DNA of 63,093 nt, the filler included, from Thraustochytrium aureum (Eukaryota), in NCBI GenBank assembly GCA_012862495.1. It is 4 parts of 2 records of this genome, joined end to end, with 100 filler letters (N's around TTAATTAATTAA, not from the genome) between each part and the next. Parts side by side here need not be neighbours in the genome. Positions count along the whole stretch, not along the records: positions 1 to 12,151 come from BLSG01000170.1; positions 12,252 to 40,165 come from BLSG01000170.1; 2 more parts are not named here. The stretch is one strand, 5' to 3'. The position numbers and the translations under genes were made by a program. A model generated the notes under the pieces. That model had not been told where the DNA came from and did not search any database. It saw nothing but the letters and a program-made list of their open reading frames with translations. This document shows, piece by piece, positions 10,165 through 20,548 of the stretch (position 1 is its first letter; the number at the start of each line of letters is the position of its first letter).

Positions 10165-11252
10165 GGCGGCGACCGGCTCGAAGTCACTCACGATCGGGGT
10201 CTGTGCCCAGGCAGGCCACAGCGCGCCGAGCTCGCTCGCAGGAGTGCGATCAGCAGGTGCCCACGCGCGCACGCACGCTCGAACGCACGCACGCGCATCC
10301 ACGCAGCTCGTGCCCTGGAGGGAGGACGGGGCTCTGCGCAGGCCTGCACGCCAGCCAGCCAGGCAGCCAGGCAGGCAGGCAGGTAAGTGGCGAGGTGAAC
10401 AGTTCGAGTANNNNNNNNNNNNNNNNNNNNNNNNNNNNNNNNNNNNNNNNNNNNNNNNNNNNNNNNNNNNNNNNNNNNNNNNNNNNNNNNNNNNNNNNNN
10501 NNNNNNNNNNNNNNNNNNNNNNNNNNNNNNNNNNNNNNNNNNNNNNNNNNNNNNNNNNNNNNNNNNNNNNNNNNNNNNNNNNNNNNNNNNNNNNNNNNNN
10601 NNNNNNNNNNNNNNNNNNNNNNNNNNNNNNNNNNNNNNNNNNNNNNNNNNNNNNNNNNNNNNNNNNNNNNNNNNNNNNNNNNNNNNNNNNNNNNNNNNNN
10701 NNNNNNNNNNNNNNNNNNNNNNNNNNNNNNNNNNNNNNNNNNNNNNNNNNNNNNNNNNNNNNNNNNNNNNNNNNNNNNNNNNNNNNNNNNNNNNNNNNNN
10801 NNNNNNNNNNNNNNNNNNNNNNNNNNNNNNNNNNNNNNNNNNNNNNNNNNNNNNNNNNNNNNNNNNNNNNNNNNNNNNNNNNNNNNNNNNNNNNNNNNNN
10901 NNNNNNNNNNNNNNNNNNNNNNNNNNNNTCCTACCTACTACCTTTTCCCTCGCCCAGAGGTCAGACCGGCTTCGCGCGTGCGACTGCCGAGGGCGTCCCG
11001 ACGCGCTCAGCCGCTCTCTAGAGCACTGTCGACCTGCGTCAAGCGCAGAGTGCGGTCACGCGCAGAGCACTTGCCAAGCGCCTGTCTGCACTCGAGCTTG
11101 CTGGAGCGCTTCGTGGTGGCGGCGGCCTCGATTTCGGCCACGTGCAGAGGCGGCGATCGTGTGGGCCGCGCTTTGTCGCAGTTTTTGCTCGTGGAAGGAA
11201 AGACCTGCTGTAGCAGAGCGTGCGACGCTGGTCTGAAGCGTGCCGGCAGAGG

Positions 11253-12151
11253 ATGGGCGAGATGGGCGTGGAGGAGTTGCCCGACGTGATGGGCGGCGAG
11301 CAGCGCGGCGGGTTTGGTGAGGAGGGCCTTGTCCGGGTCGCGAACGCGCACGAGTCGTCTGATGCCGCCTTTGAGTCGCCTGATGCCGACTCCGAGTCGC
11401 CACCGTGCCCTGCGACTGGAGCTGCAATGATCGTCGACCCGCCCCCCACTGAGGAGCAACTCGATTCCAGCGCCGTCAAGATTGAGGTTGTCGCGGAAGG
11501 GGAGCCAAACGCGCCAACGCAGAGCCCGCCGACCGTCGTCAAAATCAATGTGGGCGGCCGAGCCTTTGCGACATCTCATTCAAACGCCTCCCAACACGAC
11601 TGGATTGTCTCGCGCATCCTGAAGGAAGGCCTCGCGTGGACGTTAGATGAGCAGGGCGCCCTGTTTTTTGACCGCGACCCGCGCGTGTTCGAGTCGTACA
11701 TTATGCCGATGGTACGCAGCCCAGCGCGGGCCTTGCAGCTCCCTGCAATCGACACCGAGGAGTTTCAGCAGCTGCAAGACGAAGCCGACGCTTTCGAGTT
11801 TACCGCCATGCGGCAGCTCCTCACGCAGGCTCAGGTAGATGCAGCCGAGCGGGAAACGGCCGACAAGGCCGAGCGCCTCCAAGACAAGAGGGCCAGGGTA
11901 GAACGTGAGCTGCAAGCTGCAATTGCGCAGGCCAAAGGCGCTGCAAAACACAGCTCGGCAGCGCGGCGCTGCGAAGAGCTTCAGATCCAGCTGCAGAGCC
12001 TCGACTTTGCGAAGGACAGGACTCTCATCTTGGGGCGCCGCAAGCGCAGCTCGCTGATGCACCGCCATGAGCCGCCCAGCGACATCTCGTTCAACCTTCT
12101 CATCGTCGGCGTAACCGGGACGGGCAAGTCCTCGTCAATCAACACTCTGCT
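11253..12151 (+). CDS. BTB/POZ (T1-type) + coiled coil + P-loop GTPase-like protein, 3'-truncated at the scaffold end
   Basis: VVKINVGGRAFATS...FFDRDPRVFESYI...LQDEADAFEF (BTB); FNLLIVGVTGTGKSSSINTL (Walker A, GKS). Confidence 0.8.
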
Positions 12152-12251
12152 NNNNNNNNNNNNNNNNNNNNNNNNNNNNNNNNNNNNNNNNNNNNTTAAT
12201 TAATTAANNNNNNNNNNNNNNNNNNNNNNNNNNNNNNNNNNNNNNNNNNNN
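12152..12251. other. Artificial scaffold linker N44-TTAATTAATTAA-N44
   Basis: Exactly 100 nt, palindromic core with stops in all six frames; identical to the linkers at 40166 and 56970. Confidence 0.97.
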
Positions 12252-12396
12252 CTCGGGACGCTGCAGGCAGTGCCGCAGCGCGGCAGGCAGGCAGGCGAGC
12301 ACCGCCGACTGGCTGGTAGCGGTTTGGTCGGAGCCCACCGCTGCGCTGGGCGCGGACAGACCGCCAAGCCTCCGGCGGCAGGCGGCGAGGAGCACG

Positions 12397-13242
12397 ATGA
12401 GGCGGAGCGTCGGCGTCGGACGCGCGATCAAGGCGCGCAAGGAGCGGGCCGCGTTCCAGGAAAAAGGCGCGCAGCTCACGGAAGCCAAGCTCGAGGACAT
12501 GCAAGCGCAACTGACGCAGTTTCGCGAGAACCTGGAGGCGTTTGCGGTCAAGCACAAAAAGCAGATCAACAAGGACCCAGAGTTTCGGAGCAAGTTCCAA
12601 ACCATGTGCGCCAAGATCGGCGTCGACCCGCTCGCCTCGAACAAAGGGTTCTGGTCAGAGGTGCTGGGCGTCGGCAAGTTTTTCTTTGAGCTTGGCGTCC
12701 AGATCATCCACGTGTGGTAAGTAGTGGCAGAGGCGGTTCTCTCTGAGAAACGTCCGAGTTGTCGGCCCGATCTGCTAGCCGAGTGCTCGCGGACACTTGC
12801 TAACCTCCGGGAGCGCAGCCTTGCAACGCGCGAGGCGAACGGCGGACTCATCAAGCTCGGCGACCTGGTGGCATACCTGCAGCGCATCCGAGCGCGCAAC
12901 GCGCAAGCAGACCAGGTCGTCACCGAGGAAGACGTCAAAAGGGCGATCGTGGCACTCGAACCGCTGGGCAACGGAATCAAGCTCCTGCAGGTCGGCGCTG
13001 ACAAGATGCTGGTCAGCGTGCCGCTGGAGCTGAGCTCCGACCACGCTGCGGTGCTCGACGTGGCTAAAGGGGCTCAGGGCAGGGTTTCGATAGAGCTCGT
13101 TCAGCAACGGCTTGGATGGGCGTCCGACCGCACGGAGCGCGTCGTCGATACGCTTTTGAGCCAGGGTATGGCCTGGGTAGACGCCCCCGCAGACGGACCG
13201 CGCGAGTTCTGGTTCCCCTCGCTTGTACTTCACTTGATGTAG
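12397..13242 (+). CDS. SNF8: ESCRT-II subunit Vps22/EAP30, one intron (12717-12818)
   Basis: MRRSVGV...[38 protein letters not shown]...[10 protein letters not shown]...GMAWVD. Removing the GTAAGT...CTAAC...CAG intron restores [13 protein letters not shown]. Confidence 0.95.
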
Positions 13243-13804
13243 CAAAAAAACCAAACCAAACCTAAAAAGTCTTTAGAAACGATGCACAAGAGATAATCGG
13301 GCTCTCCAAAGCTGGATACCTAGTCCGTATACGTGCGGGAGGCGCAACCAGCAGGAGGGCGAAACCCCCGTCGCGTCGCGTCGAGATGGTCGTGCGCCTC
13401 CGCCGCAGCACTTTCTCCCCCCCCCAAAAAAAATATCATCCGCAGCCAGATCCGCAGCCAGGGCAACGCTCAACGGCCGGGCCAGCTCGCCCAAACATAC
13501 ACCCGCGCTGGTGGTGTACGGCTTTGGCAGTCGTCAATCCCTGGCGCTGGCCCGTGCGCTCTCTGCAAAGGCGAGCCCTCAGCCAGCGTTGCCCGAGTCA
13601 AACCCAAACCACACCCGTCTCACTAGCTGGCGACCGAAATCGCCACGTTCGCCCAGGACACCGCTCACGGTACTAAGAGAGAGCTCGGCAAGGGCGTGGC
13701 CCCTCCCCAGCAGAACAACGCCCTCCCCGCACGCAGGCCGGTCCCTGGCCACCGCTCGAAACAATGCGCGACGAGGCGAAACAAAAACAAGCCAAAGACG
13801 CAAC

Positions 13805-14452
13805 TCATGACTCGTTCATCCATGGGTGCGCAAAAACGCCCTCCACGGTAAGGCGCTCGAGCGGGTTTTCGCGGAACACACGCTGCAGGAGGTCGATGAG
13901 GTTCTCCGAAGCCCGAAATCGCCAGGCAGCCAGAACAGCGCGCAGGTTGTTTTGCTGCACGATCCGCCCGTAGCCATCCAGTTTCTTCGACCTGCGAGCG
14001 CGCTCCCAAGGCGGGGCCTGGAAGAGCATGACGAACAATGTAACCACCGCGCTCCAGAGGTCGACCACAGGGCCGTCGTAGGGGGCGCTGGCCCACATTT
14101 CCGGTGCGGCGTAAAGCACCTTGCCAACAAAGCCCGTGTGGGGCACCGGCTCCCACCGTGAGGTGCGGTAGCCGAGGCTGCCCGCCCTCGCCGCGCCCTC
14201 GCCGCGGGCCGGTCTCATGAGATAGGCGAGGCCAAAGTCGATGAGGACAGGGCGCGTCGGGTGCGTCGCGTCCATGAGGAAGTTCTCCGGCGACACGTCC
14301 CTGTGCGCGACGCCGCGCTCGTGGACGTAGACAAGGGCGCTCAACATCTCGCGAAAGATCTGCCGAGCGCGGGGCTCTGCGAACGGACCATGCAAAGAGA
14401 TCAGGTCGAAGAGCTCCTTTCCGGCCAGAGGAAGCACGGCATAGATGTACAT
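13805..14452 (-). CDS. Ser/Thr protein kinase (CAMK-like), 5' part in gap
   Basis: ELFDLI...HRDVSPENFL...IDFG...GKVLYAAPE...DLWS...PLERLT...HPW. Confidence 0.9.
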   Translation of the reverse strand: MYIYAVLPLAGKELFDLISLHGPFAEPRARQIFREMLSALVYVHERGVAHRDVSPENFLMDATHPTRPVLIDFGLAYLMRPARGEGAARAGSLGYRTSRWEPVPHTGFVGKVLYAAPEMWASAPYDGPVVDLWSAVVTLFVMLFQAPPWERARRSKKLDGYGRIVQQNNLRAVLAAWRFRASENLIDLLQRVFRENPLERLTVEGVFAHPWMNES

Positions 14453-15897
14453 NNNNNNNNNNNNNNNNNNNNNNNNNNNNNNNNNNNNNNNNNNNNNNNN
14501 NNNNNNNNNNNNNNNNNNNNNNNNNNNNNNNNNNNNNNNNNNNNNNNNNNNNNNNNNNNNNNNNNNNNNNNNNNNNNNNNNNNNNNNNNNNNNNNNNNNN
14601 NNNNNNNNNNNNNNNNNNNNNNNNNNNNNNNNNNNNNNNNNNNNNNNNNNNNNNNNNNNNNNNNNNNNNNNNNNNNNNNNNNNNNNNNNNNNNNNNNNNN
14701 NNNNNNNNNNNNNNNNNNNNNNNNNNNNNNNNNNNNNNNNNNNNNNNNNNNNNNNNNNNNNNNNNNNNNNNNNNNNNNNNNNNNNNNNNNNNNNNNNNNN
14801 NNNNNNNNNNNNNNNNNNNNNNNNNNNNNNNNNNNNNNNNNNNNNNNNNNNNNNNNNNNNNNNNNNNNNNNNNNNNNNNNNNNNNNNNNNNNNNNNNNNN
14901 NNNNNNNNNNNNNNNNNNNNNNNNNNNNNNNNNNNNNNNNNNNNNNNNNNNNNNNNNNNNNNNNNNNNNNNNNNNNNNNNNNNNNNNNNNNNNNNNNNNN
15001 NNNNNNNNNNNNNNNNNNNNNNNNNNNNNNNNNNNNNNNNNNNNNNNNNNNNNNNNNNNNNNNNNNNNNNNNNNNNNNNNNNNNNNNNNNNNNNNNNNNN
15101 NNNNNNNNNNNNNNNNNNNNNNNNNNNNNNNNNNNNNNNNNNNNNNNNNNNNNNNNNNNNNNNNNNNNNNNNNNNNNNNNNNNNNNNNNNNNNNNNNNNN
15201 NNNNNNNNNNNNNNNNNNNNNNNNNAGTAGCTAGTAGTAGCGCGGATTGCCAATGAGCCCGAGGAGCAGGTGCAGGCGCGAGAGCCCCACTCCCACCCAC
15301 TCCACCGGCCCCGGAAGCCGTGAGGACGCGCCAACCGAGAGCGCGCGAGCGCACAGCGTGAGAGTGAGCACCTCCTCACAGCCAGCGCATTCCAAAACGC
15401 CATTGTCCCCGAACGGCACTTGCGAGAAACCTCCAAAGCGCCTCGCTCCCCTCACGGGCATTCTCAACTCCCCGGTGGCGAAAGGCCCCCACATCCCGCG
15501 CCCCCCTTGACCCGAAAGTATCCCCGACAAAGTAGATGGTTTGGCCGACGCCGAAAGGTGTGTGGCCTCCGTCGTGTTTGTTCTTCTTCGAGATTTGCCT
15601 GTGTCTTGGAAGGAGGGGGGAAGGGGGAGTTAGGAAGGAAGGAAAGAAGGAAGGAAGTACGACTCGATGCCTGGAGGAGCCACGCGCAGGAGGCCGCACA
15701 CGAACAATCCCTCCACGCTGCGCTGGCAGACCGCGAAAGCTGCTCGAGGGCGCTCGGTCGCTCGGTCGGTCGGTCGGTTGGTTGGTTGGTTGGTTGGTTG
15801 GTTGGTGGCGGGCTGCTGCGTTGCGGGCTGCTGCTGTGTCGGAGGCCGCGCGCTGGTGCGGGGCTCGGTCGTGCGCCGTGGGCGCGGCAGCGCGAGG

Positions 15898-18741
15898 ATG
15901 GCGCCGGGATGGAGGGCTGAAGTGTTCGCCGTCGTGGTCGTGGCCGCCGCGCTCGGGGCGCTCGTGCAGGAGGCGAGCGCGAGGAAGGCAGAGTACAGGA
16001 TGACCATCAGAGACTTTCTGCCGGCGAATTGCATGAGGCGGAGCGAGTACCAAGTGGCCTGGGGCAGGTCCTCAGCTGATTTCGGAATCCGAGACTCGAC
16101 GTACGACAACGCAGCGACCCTCACGGGCACGCTATTGGTGAATAGTGAGAGCCTTGATTGGGCTGTGTTTTGCCCGTATTGGGAAGAGATGCGGGCGGGC
16201 AACATATCCGGCCACCCGGACTTTGAGTCGACCGGATACGTCGACGGGCCGAGCTGCACCGTCGGCTGTGACGGGGTCCCAGATAGCTCTCCAACGATCA
16301 CCCCCGTTGTGCTCAACGACCTCGAGACAGCCTCCTCAGGGCTCCGCAAGCTTGTGTACTGCTTGCCGGGGGACGAGGACCGGTGTGGCCGAGGACTGGC
16401 GGACGACAAAAAAGACCTTTTCACGACCTCGCGTGGCAAGTTCTTCAAGTCGTGGTACTACGACGACCCGAAGTACAACAAGCGCGTCGGAGTCACGATT
16501 GAGCTCGAAGGGAACGGCAACTTGGTCGAATTCAACTCGGAGGAGTTCTGCAAAGTGGAACAGGGCAAGGCGACGTGCTCCAACCCAAAGTTCGACCCGC
16601 TGCGGAGCTACGTCTCAAAAGTAGCCGAGGCGACATACAGGGACGTTTACCCTCGCGCCGCAGACGCGCCGGCCTGGCCAAGCTCAATCTCAGGCTCCGC
16701 GACTTATCCCAACTCCAAGTTCTGGTACACAACGGAGATTCACACCTATTTTGAGTTCGCGGGGGATGAGGTTTTCGAGTTCAAGGGCGATGATGACGTC
16801 TGGGTTTTCATCAACGGTAGGATGGCCGTGGACCTGGGTGGGCTGCATTCGCCGAAAGAGGGCAAGGTAGTTCTCAGCGACCCGGCCATTCAACTGGCGC
16901 TCAACATCACCCCAGGTCTGGGCAACATCTACAGGTTCGACATGTTCCACGCGGAGCGCCACATTGACGGCAGCAACTTCAGGATCACCACTTCGCTCTC
17001 CACGGCCTGCAACGTAGCCGACACGAATGCAAACGAGGTCGCCTTTTCCTGGGCGAACGTGTCCGCTTCGTCGTTCTCGTTTGGCGGGCCAGCCGAGCTG
17101 CTCGGCGAAGGGGACTCGGCTTTGCTTCGCCTGACCTCCAACTCCACGGCTTTCCGCAACGCGGCCACACACGCGTACCTGGTTCAGCAGCAGAACGTGG
17201 GCACGGGCTTTGTGACCGAGTTTACATTTGCGGCCTCGGCTGAAGGCAACGCGCAGGGCTTTGCCTTCGTGATGCACAACCGCGCCGCTGGCCTGAAAAA
17301 CATGCCCCAAACGACCGGGCCGAGCCTGAACATCAGATACCTGGAGCGGAGCGTTGCTGTCGTGTTCGACATGTGCGTCACGCTGGACCCCGCCACCGGC
17401 GCCTGCGAAGGCCAGCGTGTCAGCATCCACTACCCCAAGGTGGACGGAGAGTTCAACGATGTCAGCAACAACACGGTCACAGTTTTCGACACCGTGCAGC
17501 GCACCCTGCGCTACCCGGGCGAGACGCACTTGGTGCGCATCGAGTACCTGCAGTCCCCTCCGTGGCTGGAGGTCTACATCGACAACTCTCTGTACCTGCG
17601 CGACGAGGACTTTGACATCACACGGATCCTCGGCGGCCGCAACGCGTATGTCGGCTTTTCTGCCTCGACGACGAGTGACCCAGTGGAGATTTTGCTCTCC
17701 GATTTCTCGATAAACACTGTGCGCGTCGACCCATCCAAGACGTTCGGGCTCACCCTGCAGCCCAACGCGACAGCGTCTGAGATTCAAGCGGACGGAGCGG
17801 ACGCGGCCGAGTTTTCCTTCCAGACGCGCGACTTTTGCGGGAACTTGATCCAGTACGGTGGCTTCAAGTCTTTCGGCACTGGCTACTTTGTGGAGATCAT
17901 CCCGGAGCTCGTTGCCCTCGATGAGGATGGTGTTGCGCCGGATTCTCGCCTCCTCGCAGAACTGGACGAGCTCACGTATTTCGGTGGAGCGTTGGAGCCG
18001 GCCATCGTTCCCGCTGAGATTGTGGACAACGGGGACGGGTCGTACGCTGCCAGGCTCGCAACCGACCTCCCCGGCGCGTTTGCCCTCTACGTCTGCTTCG
18101 GGAAAGGTGGGTGCAACTTTAGCATCTCGTTCGAGGACGCGGAGGTCGTGTTCCCTGGCTCAAACTTCACCCAAGGCCTGACGTGGGCTGTGCTGAGCGC
18201 GAGCGCCACCGCAGAGTACGTTGGCACCGTTCGCAACGCGGTTGGCGTTGTGGCGCTCACGAATCGGCCCACGACTTCGCCCACGGCCTCCATCCCGCCC
18301 CCCGAGCCGGACAATGCCGAGACGATCAAGTGGGCCGCTGTGGGCGGTGGTAGCGCCTTCTTTGTGTTTTTGTGCATCTCGTTTATCGTGCTCCGCAACC
18401 GGCGTCGCTGGCGCAAGGACAAGGCCTTCATCGAGAGCGGGAAGCTCTACAACATCGACAAAGACGTTACTTACGACAAGGCGGACGAGTACGGCGTGGT
18501 CGGCCGTATGCTTCTCAGCACGCGCGCAGCCATCATGCGAGAGCGGGCGCAGACCGTCAAGGCCCCGCTGGCCACCGAGATCAACGCGCTTGTCACCGAA
18601 AACGAGGAACTCAAAGAGCAGGTCCGAGTCAACAAGATGCACACTCAGGTCTCGGCTACGCTTGCCTCGGCGCCGGCTCGGCCCGGCGCTAGCAAGCCTA
18701 GGCGCAAGGAGTACAACGGGGACGACCATGAGTCGCTCTAA
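15898..18741 (+). CDS. Type I membrane protein: signal peptide, PA14/fibro-slime (Psi-like) domain, legume-lectin-like domain, filamin/Ig-like repeat, TM, short coiled-coil tail
   Basis: Signal MAPGWRAEVFAVVVVAAALGALVQEASA; TIRDF, HPDFE, FWYTTEIHTYF..FEFKGDDDVWVFING..VDLGGLH, FHAERH (fibro-slime/PA14); LLRLT..GFVTEFTF..GFAFVMH..AYVGFSAST (L-lectin); IVDNGDGSY (filamin-like); TM AAVGGGSAFFVFLCISFIVL followed by RNRRRWRK. Confidence 0.88.
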   Translation: MAPGWRAEVFAVVVVAAALGALVQEASARKAEYRMTIRDFLPANCMRRSEYQVAWGRSSADFGIRDSTYDNAATLTGTLLVNSESLDWAVFCPYWEEMRAGNISGHPDFESTGYVDGPSCTVGCDGVPDSSPTITPVVLNDLETASSGLRKLVYCLPGDEDRCGRGLADDKKDLFTTSRGKFFKSWYYDDPKYNKRVGVTIELEGNGNLVEFNSEEFCKVEQGKATCSNPKFDPLRSYVSKVAEATYRDVYPRAADAPAWPSSISGSATYPNSKFWYTTEIHTYFEFAGDEVFEFKGDDDVWVFINGRMAVDLGGLHSPKEGKVVLSDPAIQLALNITPGLGNIYRFDMFHAERHIDGSNFRITTSLSTACNVADTNANEVAFSWANVSASSFSFGGPAELLGEGDSALLRLTSNSTAFRNAATHAYLVQQQNVGTGFVTEFTFAASAEGNAQGFAFVMHNRAAGLKNMPQTTGPSLNIRYLERSVAVVFDMCVTLDPATGACEGQRVSIHYPKVDGEFNDVSNNTVTVFDTVQRTLRYPGETHLVRIEYLQSPPWLEVYIDNSLYLRDEDFDITRILGGRNAYVGFSASTTSDPVEILLSDFSINTVRVDPSKTFGLTLQPNATASEIQADGADAAEFSFQTRDFCGNLIQYGGFKSFGTGYFVEIIPELVALDEDGVAPDSRLLAELDELTYFGGALEPAIVPAEIVDNGDGSYAARLATDLPGAFALYVCFGKGGCNFSISFEDAEVVFPGSNFTQGLTWAVLSASATAEYVGTVRNAVGVVALTNRPTTSPTASIPPPEPDNAETIKWAAVGGGSAFFVFLCISFIVLRNRRRWRKDKAFIESGKLYNIDKDVTYDKADEYGVVGRMLLSTRAAIMRERAQTVKAPLATEINALVTENEELKEQVRVNKMHTQVSATLASAPARPGASKPRRKEYNGDDHESL

Positions 18742-19745
18742 CCAAATATGTTGCTGTTTTGTTCGATCGTTGTCCGGCCATGCCGAGGCGGAGTTGCGTT
18801 TCCTGACCGAGCCGAGCGACCGAGCGAGATTGCGAGCGACTGAGCGACCGAGATCGCGAGCGACCGAGCGACCGAGATCGCTTGCCGGCCTACTACGCTT
18901 GGATTGGATCCGCTTGGATTGGCCTTCGTTCATGCACAAGCGCCCAGCGGCCCCCACCGACATGCCGCTTCACAGTCACGGTGGCTGCAAAGATCCCTGC
19001 AATCATCGCCGCAATCCCCGCTCGTGGGCACCTAGGTATGAGTCGACGGCAGGAAAAANNNNNNNNNNNNNNNNNNNNNNNNNNNNNNNNNNNNNNNNNN
19101 NNNNNNNNNNNNNNNNNNNNNNNNNNNNNNNNNNNNNNNNNNNNNNNNNNNNNNNNNNNNNNNNNNNNNNNNNNNNNNNNNNNNNNNNNNNNNNNNNNNN
19201 NNNNNNNNNNNNNNNNNNNNNNNNNTAGGTAGGTACTCCATTGCGCGCGCGCGGATGTGCAGCGGCGCGTCGAAGCAGATGCTTACCTGACAGCATGTCC
19301 TTGCGCGCTGAGCATTGCTTGCTTCCTGCGCACAATAGCTGCCAACTTGGATGGCCCAAAAGCAGCGCCCTCGGGCGAGAACAGCGAGCAAGTGCAAGCA
19401 AAATGGATTCGTCGCCGACCCTCCGCCGAACGCAAGCGCCCCAAACTCGCTCGGTCTCTCCAAGTCCAAGAAAGAAATCCAGAGACCTCGCGGTTCAGTG
19501 AAAAGTGGTGGGACACAAGTTGTACGCTCTTTTTTGACAACAAAACCGAAACCGAACTCTTGCTCGCATGCCAGTGCCAGTGCGTTGAACGGTGCGAGCA
19601 GACAGACCCCGAACAGAACAGAGCAAGCGAATTATCAATTGAGCAGCGGCACCGCAAAAGCGAGCAGAGTAGCACTTGGCTGCAACGAGAGCGCCTGAGA
19701 GCAGCAGAAGGGCCAGAAACCAGACTTTCGCAGAGCAGCTCTACG

Positions 19746-20315
19746 ATGAGCCTGGGCACCAAGGCCTTCGAGCTGGACGCCGCCCAGGCAGTGGCCGAGC
19801 CGTCGCAGCAGCAGGGCGACATTCCTCTCGCAGAGCCCATCCAGAACCCCGCGCCAGTCCCGACACTCAACGCAGTGGCCGAGTTTCCCGAAAGCGGGGC
19901 AGTGTTCCACATGAACGCACCCAACGAAAGCACCAAGAATAACACCGCGGTGTCGATCCTCTTCATTCAGAAGAGCACACCATCAAAGAGCGAGCTGGAG
20001 CGCTGGGTGGTGCCGAAGAAACTCCGATCCGTCTCGGTTATGGGCGGGCACAAGTACGACTTCCGCAACGCCGTTTTCGTCCATGACACGTGTACAATCT
20101 ATGCAGGTGCGCTCTTGGGTTCGGTGCGCATCGTCGTACCACCTGGCGTCAAGGTCGTCTCAAAGGGCGTTGGCCTGCTCGGCGGCTTTGACTCTAATGT
20201 CGCAGATCCGCCATCGGGGCCTGCCCCGACCATCGTCGTCAAGGGCTCGGCCACGCTTGGCGGGGTTCACGTCGTCGTGGACAGGTCCGCGCCCGCCGTC
20301 CGAGTTGTCGGATAG
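19746..20315 (+). CDS. Small beta-rich protein resembling the bacterial LiaF/DUF2154-type C-terminal domain
   Basis: WVVPKKLRSVSVMGGHKYDFRNAVF...ALLGSVRIVVPPGVKVVSKGVGLLGGFD...PTIVVKGSATLGGVHV. Confidence 0.7.
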   Translation: MSLGTKAFELDAAQAVAEPSQQQGDIPLAEPIQNPAPVPTLNAVAEFPESGAVFHMNAPNESTKNNTAVSILFIQKSTPSKSELERWVVPKKLRSVSVMGGHKYDFRNAVFVHDTCTIYAGALLGSVRIVVPPGVKVVSKGVGLLGGFDSNVADPPSGPAPTIVVKGSATLGGVHVVVDRSAPAVRVVG

Positions 20316-20548
20316 CCGCAGGGTTCGAGCTTGCGCGCCCACCCTTTTGCATTGTACAGTACTAAAGACACGAGAGATTAACCGGTTGCCCGCTTTGACG
20401 ACCCGGCCTCGCCGCGCGCCCGTCCGCAGCCCTCCTGCACTCCCAACGAGATCCGGCTGGCGCAGCAAGCGGGACGGGGACCAGCGCCGCACGCAGACCA
20501 GCCGACAAACAAACAAACAAACAAACCAAAAAACATTTTCATTCTGTC

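Noticed and set aside
12196..12207. TTAATTAATTAA as a piggyBac-type target site or biological palindrome
   Set aside because: It is always flanked by exactly 44 N on each side, so it is a synthetic linker.
20160..20548. Kinase C-terminus overlapping the convergent LiaF-like gene
   Set aside because: The extension translates microsatellite and UTR-like sequence (FVCLFVC). A missed stop near 20550 is more likely.
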